Shown here: piece after piece, positions 27,978 through 37,900 of the stretch
Numbering within the stretch: position 1 is the first letter of the stretch
Layout of the letters: every line of letters begins with the position of its first letter
DNA from: an uncultured Thermoplasmata archaeon
Lineage (GTDB): Archaea > Thermoplasmatota > Thermoplasmata > JAGHBH01
Reading direction: 5' to 3'
DNA: 64,000 bases
Assembly: GCA_964601625.1 (NCBI GenBank)
Contig: CAZROC010000005.1
Span: 21,077-85,076, forward strand
Translations under genes and position numbers: made by a program
The notes under the pieces: generated by a model
What the model was told of the DNA's origin: nothing
Database searches by the model: none
Seen by the model: the letters and a program-made list of their open reading frames with translations, nothing else

Positions 27978-29222
27978 ATGAATAACTGGGCTAAGATAAT
28001 AATCGGTGATAGCCGAAAAATGATAGAAGTTGGAGATAATAGTGTAGATCTGGTTGTTACGTCTCCCCCTTATTGGCATATTAAAGATTACGAAGTTGAA
28101 GGACAAATCGGATATGGGCAGAGTCTCCATGAATATTTGAAAGATTTATACAGAGTGTGGAAAGAATGCTACAGAATTCTTAAACCGGGACGGAGAATGG
28201 CTATAAATATAGGCGATCAATTCGCTCGTTCTGTAATTTATGGTAGATATAAAGTCATACCATTGCATGCTGAGTTCATAGCTCAGTGCGAGGATATAGG
28301 CTTTGATTATATGGGAGCAATAATCTGGCAGAAGAAAACCACAATGAATACGACCGGTGGAGCAAATGTGATGGGTTCTTATCCCTATCCTCCTAACGGA
28401 ATGATTGAGATTGACTATGAGTTTATACTTATTTTTAAAAAACCCGGAAAAAGTGGAAAGATTCCAAAGGAAATTAAGGAAATGTCTAAGCTAAGCAAGG
28501 AAGAGTGGAAAGAATACTTCTACGGGCACTGGTATTTTGGTGGTGCAAGGCAGATAGAACATGAGGCCATGTTTCCAGAAGAACTACCAAAAAGGTTGAT
28601 AAAGATGTATACGTTCGTAGGCGATACTGTTCTTGACCCTTTCCTTGGAAGCGGAACTACTGTAAAAGCAGCTTTGAATCTGAATAGAAATTCAATAGGT
28701 TATGAAATAAATGAAATGTTTTTAGATGTGATAAAAGAAAAACTGGGATTGAAACAAAGTTTACTTCAATTTAGTGGGGATATACAAATAATAAAACGAC
28801 GTACTGCGATAGAGGTTGATGAGATTAATTATGTCCCGAGAATCAAAGATGCCAGACCAAAAATAGATCCCAAAAAATTCAATTTTAAAAACGACAGACT
28901 TTATAAAGTTGTTGACATCATAGATGAACAAACTATTAAATTAAATACAGGTCTATTCGTTAGGTTCCTTGGTGTAAAAATAGATAAAAAGGAAGAAGCA
29001 TTGGAATATCTTCAAAATCGTGTTTTGAAAAAAGAGGTCTATCTTAAATTTGACAATGGCGTTGAGTTGAACGGAAATATTGTTAGTGCTTATGTTTATT
29101 TAAAAAATAGAATCTTCTTGAATGCGTATCTCATAAAATCTGGAATAGCGGTTCCGGACTTTTCAAAAGATTTTAAATTAAAGAACAAGTTCATCCAACT
29201 ATGGAGGAATAGTAATGGGTAA
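27978..29222 (+). CDS. N4-C/N6-A DNA methyltransferase (beta class) with C-terminal thermonuclease-like domain
   Basis: TSPPY precedes DPFLGSGTT; HEAMFP; C-terminal VVDIID..TI..VRFLGV...AYVYL...NAYLIKSG; AT-rich. Confidence 0.9.
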   Translation: MNNWAKIIIGDSRKMIEVGDNSVDLVVTSPPYWHIKDYEVEGQIGYGQSLHEYLKDLYRVWKECYRILKPGRRMAINIGDQFARSVIYGRYKVIPLHAEFIAQCEDIGFDYMGAIIWQKKTTMNTTGGANVMGSYPYPPNGMIEIDYEFILIFKKPGKSGKIPKEIKEMSKLSKEEWKEYFYGHWYFGGARQIEHEAMFPEELPKRLIKMYTFVGDTVLDPFLGSGTTVKAALNLNRNSIGYEINEMFLDVIKEKLGLKQSLLQFSGDIQIIKRRTAIEVDEINYVPRIKDARPKIDPKKFNFKNDRLYKVVDIIDEQTIKLNTGLFVRFLGVKIDKKEEALEYLQNRVLKKEVYLKFDNGVELNGNIVSAYVYLKNRIFLNAYLIKSGIAVPDFSKDFKLKNKFIQLWRNSNG

Positions 29223-29306
29223 TGGCCTGGTTGTTATATATAGTATGAAGAGTTTTAATTCAACAAACGCTACCGGTTTACTCTTTTAAGGTAAGGAAGT
29301 GATAAA

Positions 29307-29981
29307 ATGGCAAAAGAATGGATATTGAACATGGCGACAAACAGATGGGGACTTAATAAGAAAAATAGTGTTGGGCCAGTATCTCAATGGATAAGGGAGT
29401 GTAGTCCAAGAACTATTAAAGATTGGGAACAATTTTATTATAAAAAGCTTGCTGATTTTCTCAAAGTAAAGGGTGTTTCTTTATCTCCTAAGGAGTATAT
29501 TGAAGATTTGGGAAGAAAATTGTATGTGAAAATTACAGAAGTTATACAGGCAGAAATAGAGGAAGTGACAGAAGAAGATTGTATTCGGTACATTTACAAC
29601 CTTGTAATTAACAGGACCTACGATGGCTATTTAACGGAGATAAAAACAATATATGGCAAGTTGCAAAGGGATTTGGGTGTTGATATAAAACCTGCACCGG
29701 ATGAGTGGGATAGACTTTACAATGTGGATTTTTATATACAAATTGGTAAAAATTATATTGGTTTGCAAATAAAACCGATAACTTATGAACAAACACCAGA
29801 AATTTACAGATGGAAAGAGTGGCTTGGTAAAACCCATAAGAAGTTTGAAGAAAATTTTGGTGGAAGAGTGTTTATTGTGTTTTCAATTAAAAAAGACAAC
29901 AAAAAGGAAATTTACAACCCGGAGATTATTGAAGAAATAAAAAAAGAAATTGAGAGGCTTAGAGAGAGGAGTTGGTCGTAA
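29307..29981 (+). CDS. Type II restriction endonuclease, MjaI-family-like
   Basis: VGPVSQWIRE...WEQFYY, RTYDG, VDFYI...GLQIKP (PD-(D/E)xK-like); follows the MTase. Confidence 0.78.
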   Translation: MAKEWILNMATNRWGLNKKNSVGPVSQWIRECSPRTIKDWEQFYYKKLADFLKVKGVSLSPKEYIEDLGRKLYVKITEVIQAEIEEVTEEDCIRYIYNLVINRTYDGYLTEIKTIYGKLQRDLGVDIKPAPDEWDRLYNVDFYIQIGKNYIGLQIKPITYEQTPEIYRWKEWLGKTHKKFEENFGGRVFIVFSIKKDNKKEIYNPEIIEEIKKEIERLRERSWS

Positions 29982-29997
29982 ACCTATCTAATCTTCT

Positions 29998-31347
29998 TCA
30001 CACGCGTATAGCCTTCCACCGCCCTGAGCGGTAGCGGATGAATATAACAGTGCTCCGGGCGTAGTACTCTATGACCATGGCCAGCCAGACTCCATATAGG
30101 CCGAGGGATGTGTGGAAGCCCAAAACCATTGCCAGTGGGATCCTGAACCCGTATAAGCCGAAAAGCGAAGCGTAGAGGGGATATTTTGTGTCTCCTGCCC
30201 CTCTGAGGGCGCCGGCGAGGGTGAAATGGGTCGCTATGGCGATTTCCCCTATTGCGAGTATCCGTATGAAAACCACGGATAGAGTCACAACGGTTTCGTC
30301 CCGTATGAAAACCTCTGCTACCGGCCTGGCAAAAACGAAGAGCAGGAGACCCAGGGAGCCCATGGTCAGAATGGCGAGTTTGAGAGAGAGCCAGCCGCTC
30401 TTTTCTGCCGTCTCGGGGGCTCTCTCCCCGAGGTAGCGGCCGGACAGGGCGGTCGCGGCGGTGGCGAACCCCAGACCAGGCATGAATGAAAGGCTCTGGA
30501 CCCGCATACCTATGCTGTGCGCCGCGACAGCGGCGTCTCCGAACCTGACCACCATTATCATGTATATCAGAAAACCTATCTGGATGGCCACTTGCTCCGT
30601 TGCGGCAGGGAGCCCTATGCGGACTATCCTCGTCATCATCTCTCCATCGGGGACCAGGGCGCCTGGCACTATTTGCACATCTCTTTTCTTGGAAATGAGT
30701 ATGGAAGCATATATCATCGCTCCCACTAAAAAAGAGAGGAGAGTCCCCAGGCCAGCACCTTTCACTCCCATGGCCGGCATGCCGAGTTTTCCGAAGATGA
30801 AGATGTAGTTGAAAAACACGTTGAAGGCGTTCGTTGTTCCGTTTATACACATGGGCGTTTTTGCGTCTCCGGTGGCTATAAAAGAGGCTGCTGACACGGC
30901 CATGACAGCGAAGAGGGGAGAGCCAGCAAAAACAAAACGGGTATATTCCGCTGCCAGAGCTGATACGTCTAGGCTCGCCCCGTATATTCCCACGACGATG
31001 TCCGGTCGGAGTGTTCCGAGGAAGAAAAAAGGGATGCTTATCACGGCAGCGAGCAGGTAGGATTGTCCCACGGCCATGTCTCTATTCTTTGTCTCACCGG
31101 AACCTGTGAAGCGGGAGACGAGAGCCACGGTCCCCGCGGTCACAGCGGCCAGAACGGTCATAAGGATGAAAAAGACCTGGCCGCCTATGGTTACGCCGCC
31201 GACCGCTTTTCGTCCGAGGGTGCCCACCATTATTATGTCCGCTGTGACAGCCAGTGTCTGGAAAAGATTGTTGAGTATGGATGGCCAGGCGAGATGAAAA
31301 ACCTGTTTTATTAAATTATCACCTTCTGACACAAACGGGCTTAACAT
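29998..31347 (-). CDS. MATE family efflux transporter
   Basis: LAWP, GDAKTPM, LGMPAMGVKGAGLGT, GALRGAGDT; about 12 TM helices. Confidence 0.92.
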   Translation of the reverse strand: MLSPFVSEGDNLIKQVFHLAWPSILNNLFQTLAVTADIIMVGTLGRKAVGGVTIGGQVFFILMTVLAAVTAGTVALVSRFTGSGETKNRDMAVGQSYLLAAVISIPFFFLGTLRPDIVVGIYGASLDVSALAAEYTRFVFAGSPLFAVMAVSAASFIATGDAKTPMCINGTTNAFNVFFNYIFIFGKLGMPAMGVKGAGLGTLLSFLVGAMIYASILISKKRDVQIVPGALVPDGEMMTRIVRIGLPAATEQVAIQIGFLIYMIMVVRFGDAAVAAHSIGMRVQSLSFMPGLGFATAATALSGRYLGERAPETAEKSGWLSLKLAILTMGSLGLLLFVFARPVAEVFIRDETVVTLSVVFIRILAIGEIAIATHFTLAGALRGAGDTKYPLYASLFGLYGFRIPLAMVLGFHTSLGLYGVWLAMVIEYYARSTVIFIRYRSGRWKAIRV

Positions 31348-31379
31348 TATCGTGATATATTAGTTTTTGTCCGTCGCAC

Positions 31380-32135
31380 TCATTTTTCTTCTGCAATATG
31401 TTCTTTTTTCGCAGGTCTTGTGCCTATTTTTTCTTCCCGCCCATAGAAAACAAAACCATAATAGGAGATGTAGGAGGACAGGAGCATGCCCACGAGAATT
31501 ACCGGGTGGAAAGGGTGTGTGAAGGGGTTGTCACACCTCGAGGCAGCGTTGAGCCCAAAGCCCACTGCGTAGAGAGAGACGGTTATTATAAATCCGTATA
31601 CGGTCATATAAAGACGTGTTTTTTCAATTTTCTTTATTCTTCTGGCAGCGTTCTGAAGGAAAACGGCAGGTACGAGTGTGAAAAAAGCGGCGTACGTCGT
31701 TCCCAGAAAAACCATGAGTGGTTCAAGGTCCTGGTGGAAGGTTTCGTTTATGTCGCTCCTGGGAGGATGCATGTAAAATACGAGCCCGCAGACGAATATG
31801 GCCAGAAAAAGGTTGACGCCTATGAAAACCCTCCGCCACCCCCGGAAATCCCCATACAGGAGCTTTAGAGCGAACCCGGAGAAGAAAAACGGTGTGAACG
31901 TCAGGAAGACCCTTGAGACCAGGAACGTGTTTATTCCTCCCGCTCCCACGACCATAAACGGTCCCAGCAGGAGAAGGGTTCCCTGTAATATCAGGGCAGA
32001 AGAGAACCAGAGGGCGCTTCCCTCTTCTTTTTTCATGGACAACACGGCCAGGCCCATTAAGAAGAGTATGAGACCGGTTATTGAATACAGTGACAGGGAT
32101 AGATATAGAGAGATGGTGTTCAACCGCACCACCAC
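31380..32135 (-). CDS. Hypothetical 7-TM membrane protein
   Basis: About seven hydrophobic helices and no soluble domain. Confidence 0.6.
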   Translation of the reverse strand: MVVRLNTISLYLSLSLYSITGLILFLMGLAVLSMKKEEGSALWFSSALILQGTLLLLGPFMVVGAGGINTFLVSRVFLTFTPFFFSGFALKLLYGDFRGWRRVFIGVNLFLAIFVCGLVFYMHPPRSDINETFHQDLEPLMVFLGTTYAAFFTLVPAVFLQNAARRIKKIEKTRLYMTVYGFIITVSLYAVGFGLNAASRCDNPFTHPFHPVILVGMLLSSYISYYGFVFYGREEKIGTRPAKKEHIAEEK

Positions 32136-32716
32136 CCCACCGGTTTAAAACCGCTGTTTTCAAGGCTCTCGGTGAACGATGGAAGGATGAGCGGGATCAG
32201 AACCAGACAGGCCACAATGTTGCCGGCAACCCACACAAGCCAGACATGGGGAATTTCAGAGAGCGGGGTGTACCCCCATAGATGCGAAAGAAAAACGCCC
32301 CATGTTGCCCCCACGATGTGCGGGACGGTGAAAACCCAGAGAGCATTTCGCTTTGTGAAAATGTCCCTGAGACTCCTGGGCGTCGGGGTGTGTATGTACG
32401 CTGCCAGTGGGATAAGCACCTGGACAAAATCTGAGGACATGACCAGGGCGCTATAAACGGGCGGAAAACCATAGACGTATGCGGCCATGGAAGACCCGGC
32501 CCACACTCCGAGAGCGCCCCACATCCTGAACCAGAGGGCAAAAGAGATCATGAACGCTATGGCCGGATAAAAAAAAGTTACACCGCCAGATATGTCGTTT
32601 GTTATCAGCGCGTGGTAAGCGAGAAAAAAAGAGGCGACCATTGAGACGCTGAAGCCAACTCCGCGCCTCTGCCACCGCCCGTTAAAACCCTTTTTGTAAG
32701 CACCTTCCCCTTCCAT
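32120..32716 (-). CDS. MASE1-like membrane protein
   Basis: FFYPAIAF...LW...G...GVW and W..W..GN..A..VLIP patterns. Confidence 0.55.
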   Translation of the reverse strand: MEGEGAYKKGFNGRWQRRGVGFSVSMVASFFLAYHALITNDISGGVTFFYPAIAFMISFALWFRMWGALGVWAGSSMAAYVYGFPPVYSALVMSSDFVQVLIPLAAYIHTPTPRSLRDIFTKRNALWVFTVPHIVGATWGVFLSHLWGYTPLSEIPHVWLVWVAGNIVACLVLIPLILPSFTESLENSGFKPVGWWCG

Positions 32717-32822
32717 CTCCTTTCACCGGGTCAATGTTTGAGCCGTCCCTTTTAACCACGGCGCCAGTGCATGTATCAAATTACCCATATTTATGGTTTT
32801 TCTATTTCTCAGCCTTTTTGAC

Positions 32823-33815
32823 TCAGTCTTTCAATTTTTCAAAATGGACGAATAGAGACCAGAAAACAGCCACCCATACGACGAACAGAAAATCTCCAAG
32901 GTGTGTGTGCACCCACATCATCGTAGCACTGTCCCGGTAGTACATTATGAGGACAAGCATGACCATGCGCAACAGGTTTATGAGAAAAGCGCCGGACACC
33001 CCTATTGCCATCCAGAGGGCTTTGCGCCTTCCGGGAATGGGGAGCGGGATGATCAGGGCAGAGAGTATGAAAGCGAACATGAGCAGACTTCTCAGACCGG
33101 TGCACCCCCATGCGATGACCAGCGTGCTGTTTTCGTTCAGGCCGAAAACCGTGAGCGCGCCCGCCTCTTCCACCAGACCAGAAGGTGAAACGTATTGGGG
33201 GGGAATCCCATAGGGCAGGGCTCCCTTGTAAACGGGATATCCCATCCCCCCCGGCCCCGTTATCCAGACCACAACATCAACGAACCAGTCCGCGACGGTC
33301 TCAAAAAAATGCTCGTAGACCAGCTGCAGACCTTTAAGGGCCCCGGCCAGTCCCACCACCAGGACGATTGGAACCGCCACCTCTCTGATATGTCTGTAGC
33401 CAAAGAAGAAAAGTATCACCCCGAGGACGAATATGACATAGTCCGTCTGGCCATATCCGCCGCCGAAGATCCCCCGCGTGGCCAGGTCAAAAACAAAGCT
33501 GCCCGCACAGACCAGCAGGCCTACGGCCATCTCATCAATTTCCGGGATAGGAATTTTCCTATACCTGTCTTCGTCCTGGTAGACTATCACAAAGACGAGG
33601 AGAGAGTAAAAGAAGAGGTTGAAAAACCCCTGTGTTGATATTACACTGAGGAGTGGGCTTATAAAAAGCGCGGAATAAAAGAGAATCATCCTGTTGTTCG
33701 AAAACCACACACGCATTTTAACGGTTTTTTCCGGGGATATGAGTCGGGAGGGGGGGACGACTGAGATTTTTTCTCTCCCACCATCCCGCACCACGGGCAG
33801 TTCTTTTTCTCTCAT
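32823..33815 (-). CDS. Archaeosortase/exosortase family protein
   Basis: Multi-TM; IAWGCTG (Cys), NLLRM (Arg), VHTHLG (His). Confidence 0.85.
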   Translation of the reverse strand: MREKELPVVRDGGREKISVVPPSRLISPEKTVKMRVWFSNNRMILFYSALFISPLLSVISTQGFFNLFFYSLLVFVIVYQDEDRYRKIPIPEIDEMAVGLLVCAGSFVFDLATRGIFGGGYGQTDYVIFVLGVILFFFGYRHIREVAVPIVLVVGLAGALKGLQLVYEHFFETVADWFVDVVVWITGPGGMGYPVYKGALPYGIPPQYVSPSGLVEEAGALTVFGLNENSTLVIAWGCTGLRSLLMFAFILSALIIPLPIPGRRKALWMAIGVSGAFLINLLRMVMLVLIMYYRDSATMMWVHTHLGDFLFVVWVAVFWSLFVHFEKLKD

Positions 33816-34723
33816 TTTTCCTCTCCGTCCAGAAGGAGCTCTTCAAGCCCTTTTCTCAGAGAGACCCGGGGATAAAACCCGAGGACCTCCCTGGCCAGGG
33901 TTATGTCACCCCTGCTGTGCATGATCTCTCCGGGTATCGGGTCAGCGTATTCAATTCCCAGGGCGTCCGCGCCTGTTATCTCAAGCATGATCTCTGCGAG
34001 CTCTTTTATTGATGTTGACTCGCCGGTGGCGCAGTTGAAAACGGTCCCGACAGCGGCGGGGTTTTTCAGGAGCAGATCCACCATCTCCACAACATCTTTC
34101 ACATGGATGAAGTCCCTGGTCTGTTCCCCTGTGCCATATATCAACGGCGGCTTTTTTTCCCTGATTCTCTGTCTGAAACGCGTTATGACACCGGAATACG
34201 GGTTGTTCGGGTCCTGGCGGGGGCTGTATATGTTGAACGGGCGGAGTGCTGTTGCTTTCAGCCCGTGAGTGGCATAAAATGCCATGGTGTATTTTTCGCC
34301 TGCCAGTTTGCTGACGCCATATGGCGACAGGGGGGCGAGGCTGTGGCTTTCGGAGATGGGGAGTGCGGTGGGGTTCCCGTATACGGCGGCGCTTGAGAAA
34401 TAAACGAATCTCTCAACGTCCACCGCGGCGGCTTCTTCAAGAAGCACTAACGTCCCTGTTATGTTGTGGCTCTCGTCTTCCAAGGGGTCTTTTATAGAAG
34501 CGACAACGCTCACCTGTGCCGCACAGTGGACAACGGCGTCCACGTCTGCTATGACCTTTTTAACGTCCTCTCTTTTTCTTATGTCTCCTATCGCTGTGAC
34601 CTCGTCCACGTCTCTTATTGGCGAATGACGCAGGTCGATGCCCACGACGTCGTGAAAGTCTCTAAGATGTTCTACCAGATATGAACCCACCTGTCCGGCG
34701 CTTCCTGTGACCAGGATTTTCAC
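33812..34723 (-). CDS. NAD-dependent nucleotide-sugar epimerase/dehydratase
   Basis: VTGSAGQVG, SSAAVYG, YGVSK, RDFIHV. Confidence 0.92.
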   Translation of the reverse strand: MKILVTGSAGQVGSYLVEHLRDFHDVVGIDLRHSPIRDVDEVTAIGDIRKREDVKKVIADVDAVVHCAAQVSVVASIKDPLEDESHNITGTLVLLEEAAAVDVERFVYFSSAAVYGNPTALPISESHSLAPLSPYGVSKLAGEKYTMAFYATHGLKATALRPFNIYSPRQDPNNPYSGVITRFRQRIREKKPPLIYGTGEQTRDFIHVKDVVEMVDLLLKNPAAVGTVFNCATGESTSIKELAEIMLEITGADALGIEYADPIPGEIMHSRGDITLAREVLGFYPRVSLRKGLEELLLDGEEK

Positions 34724-34799
34724 GGCATCACCTCTGTGTTCAGATACTTTGTTTTACAGATAAAGGAGGTGTTGGTGTTAAAAAACATTTTCTCTAATC

Positions 34800-34852
34800 T
34801 GCCAGATGCGAGGTGCCAGATGTGAAACCGAGATGCGAAGACCGAAGACCGA
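34800..34852 (+). repeat. Degenerate 7-bp-period repeats
   Basis: cagatgc gaggtgc cagatgt gaaaccg agatgcg aagaccg aagaccg. Confidence 0.5.
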
Positions 34853-34900
34853 AAAAACTTTTAATCCCGAGATACATAGATACAATAGTGAGGAGAGAGA

Positions 34901-37900
34901 ATGCTGGCTTTTTCGGATAGAAACCCCGTGTTTTTTCGCCAAAAAGGAAAAAAAGGCCCCTTTTTCTCCGGCCTCTCAGTATTTTTTCTGTTTTTACTTT
35001 TGTCTTCATCGCTCCTTCTTCCAGCGCTTTTAGCCGGCGAGGCGTTTTTTGTGGGCGATGCACACGCCTCTGGTGAAAGAGAGGGTGGATGGTGGAACAG
35101 GGACTGGGAATACCGGATACCTGTAACCGTCAGGGATGCAGCGGACCACGACCACACGCCTTTTCTGGTGGACCTCTGGCTTGATCTGTCAAAGTACGAT
35201 GTGGCCAATTTCACGGCTGAGTGCAGAATAACGGAACTGTTTCCCTCGGGCGAGAAGGAAATACCCTTTCAGGTGGTGAACGACAGGAACATAAACGGCC
35301 GCTCTTATGAAGCGAGGGTGGTATTCCCCGTGGAAAACCTGCGTGCTGGCGAGACCATAGCATTTTACATTTACTTCGGGAACCCCGGGGTCCAGCCTTC
35401 CACACTGCAGAGAGATTTCCACCCGGAGACGATAAAGAACACGCTCTACAATCCCACGCCGGAAAACAACAATTACCGCCTGTCCGGGCCGACGGATGTT
35501 TTTGTTGATGAAACCGGGAAAATGTACGTGGCTGATAGAGGCAATCAGAGGGTCCAGATATATGACTCAGATGGGAGATATGTTATGTCTCTGGGCGTGT
35601 TTGAGCGGGCAGGCAGCGACACCGCACACCTGAACCATCCATCGGGCGTATGGGTCTCTGAGACCACGGGGTACATTTATGTTGCTGACGAGGGAAATAA
35701 CCGTGTGCAGGTCTTTTCTTCCTCGGGCGCCTACGTGGACACTTTTTCGGCGAATCTCTCATCTCCGTATGATGTGGCTGTGGACGAAAACGGCAGGGTT
35801 TTTGTCTCCGACACCGATAACAACCGTGTCGTCGTTTTTGCTCAAAACGGCAGCGTTGCTGGAGAGATAAAAGACGCGTATGGGGTCCCGCTCAGGTACC
35901 CGGGCGGTCTATGGTTTGACTCCGGTGTTCTGTTTGTTGTGGACACGGGGAACCACCGTGTGGTGCTTTTCAATGCCACCTTCCAGCCCATAGATATGAT
36001 AGGAAAGGGTACACTTGGCACAGGTCACGGGGAGTTTTCTTTTCCCTCCAACGTGGTGGTCCATGGCAGGCGAGTATTTGTCTCAGACACAGGCAACAAG
36101 CGCATAGAGGTGTTTGATAAGAACTCCCTTTCCTATCTATACAGTGTGGAATCCTCTTCCACAGGAGAAGAGACCTTCATGGAGACCCCCCGCGGGATTT
36201 TTGTTAGCGACGGCACTGTGCTGGTGGCCGATCAGGGGACAAACCGTGTGCTCTCTTTTTCAAGCTCTGGTGCCCTCATATCCTCTTTTGGTTTTGGTGC
36301 ATCGCCCCTGAGCCCCTTCTCTCTTAAAAACCCACGTGCCGTGGACGTCTCTCCCAATGGAACCGTCTATGTGGCGGACTGGGGAAACCACCGTGTGGTT
36401 GCTTATTCTTCAACAGGAGGACACCTGTTTACGATAGGCGTGCCCGGCGAGATAGGCTCTGATGTGTTCCATCTGGCAAATCCAAACGATGTGGTGTTCC
36501 ATGATGGTGATCTTTTTGTGGCGGACAGGTATAACAACAGAGTCCAGGTTTTCAATGCCACAAATGGAATGTTTGAACAAACACTCGGCGGCGTGGACGG
36601 TGGCACGGAGAGCTATGGCGGGTTTAACCAGCCGTGCGGTCTCGCGGTTGACGAAGAGGGCAGAATTTACGTCGCTGACACATATAACAACAGGGTTCTT
36701 CTTTTCAACTCTGCGGGGGAGTTCGTGTCAGAGATTGGAAACGGGCAGGGGACTGGTCCAGGCGAGTTCAGACACCCCTATGACATTGAGATATACGGAA
36801 ACATGATATATATACTGGACACGGACAACTTCAGAGTTGAGGTGTTTTACAAACAAAACCTGACGTATGCGGGGACGTTGCTGTCCGGCTCTCCGGGACT
36901 GGGCCCATACGATGTGAGATGGCCCTGCGGCTTTGACATAAGAGATGGGAAAATGGCGATAGCAGACACGTACAACCAGCGTGTACAGGTATATATTATA
37001 ACGGCGCCTCTCAACGTGACATATCTTTTCACTATTGGGACAAACGGAACGGTTGGGGTGGACAACCAGCATTTCATGCGTCCCAGGAAAGTTGACATAG
37101 GACCCGATGGAAAAATATACGTGGCGGACGCGGACAACAACAGGATACAGGTTTACAGTGAAAACGGCGAGCACCTCTCAACTATAGGGGCAGAGATGCA
37201 ACCCGTTTATGACGATTTCTCCCTGGCTTCACCCACAGACGTGAGTGTTGACAGAGAAGGGAATATATACGTGGCGGACAAGAACAACCACCGGGTTCAG
37301 GTGTTCTCTCCGATGGGAGAGCATGTTATGACTTTTGGCTCACGTGAAAAGAGAGAGGCTGGTAGCGATAACAACCACCTTTTTGTACCGGGGGGTGTGA
37401 GTGTCAGCGGAGACATCGTTTACATCGCCGACACCGGGAACGCCAGAGTGCAGGTTTTCAACACCACTGGAGAATATCTGAAAACGATAGACGTTGATTG
37501 TTATTCCGTTGAGGTGGACTCTGGTAGAATTTACTACGCTGAGGCCCCGTTCCACGCAATACTCATAACATCAGAGGAAGGTGAGACGATCCAGCTTTTT
37601 GGAACCCCCGGGGAGAGCGGGACGGACATGGAGCACCTCAATTTTCCTCTCGCAGTTGACGCCGACTCAGATGGGAACGTATACGTCGCTGACACCGGCA
37701 ACCACCGGGTGGTGATATACAGAGGGGTGGAGGACAGGGTAGGAGACGAAGTCTGGGGGGAGACAGGGGTTAAAGGCACAGATATCACACACTTCTCTTC
37801 CCCAGAAGGGATAGCTGTCTGGAACAACATGGTTTTCGTATCGGACACAGGGAATTCCAGAATACAGGTCTTTACCACTGAGGGAGAATATCTTTTCACA

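Larger units (their letters stand above)
27872..29983. other. AT-rich horizontally acquired R-M island
   Basis: Abrupt visible drop in GC relative to both flanks; no terminal repeats recognised. Confidence 0.7.

Noticed and set aside
27978..29981. Assigning CTAG specificity from MjaI similarity
   Set aside because: Family resemblance alone is not enough; CTAG sites occur (e.g. 1522, 8971) and depletion could not be computed
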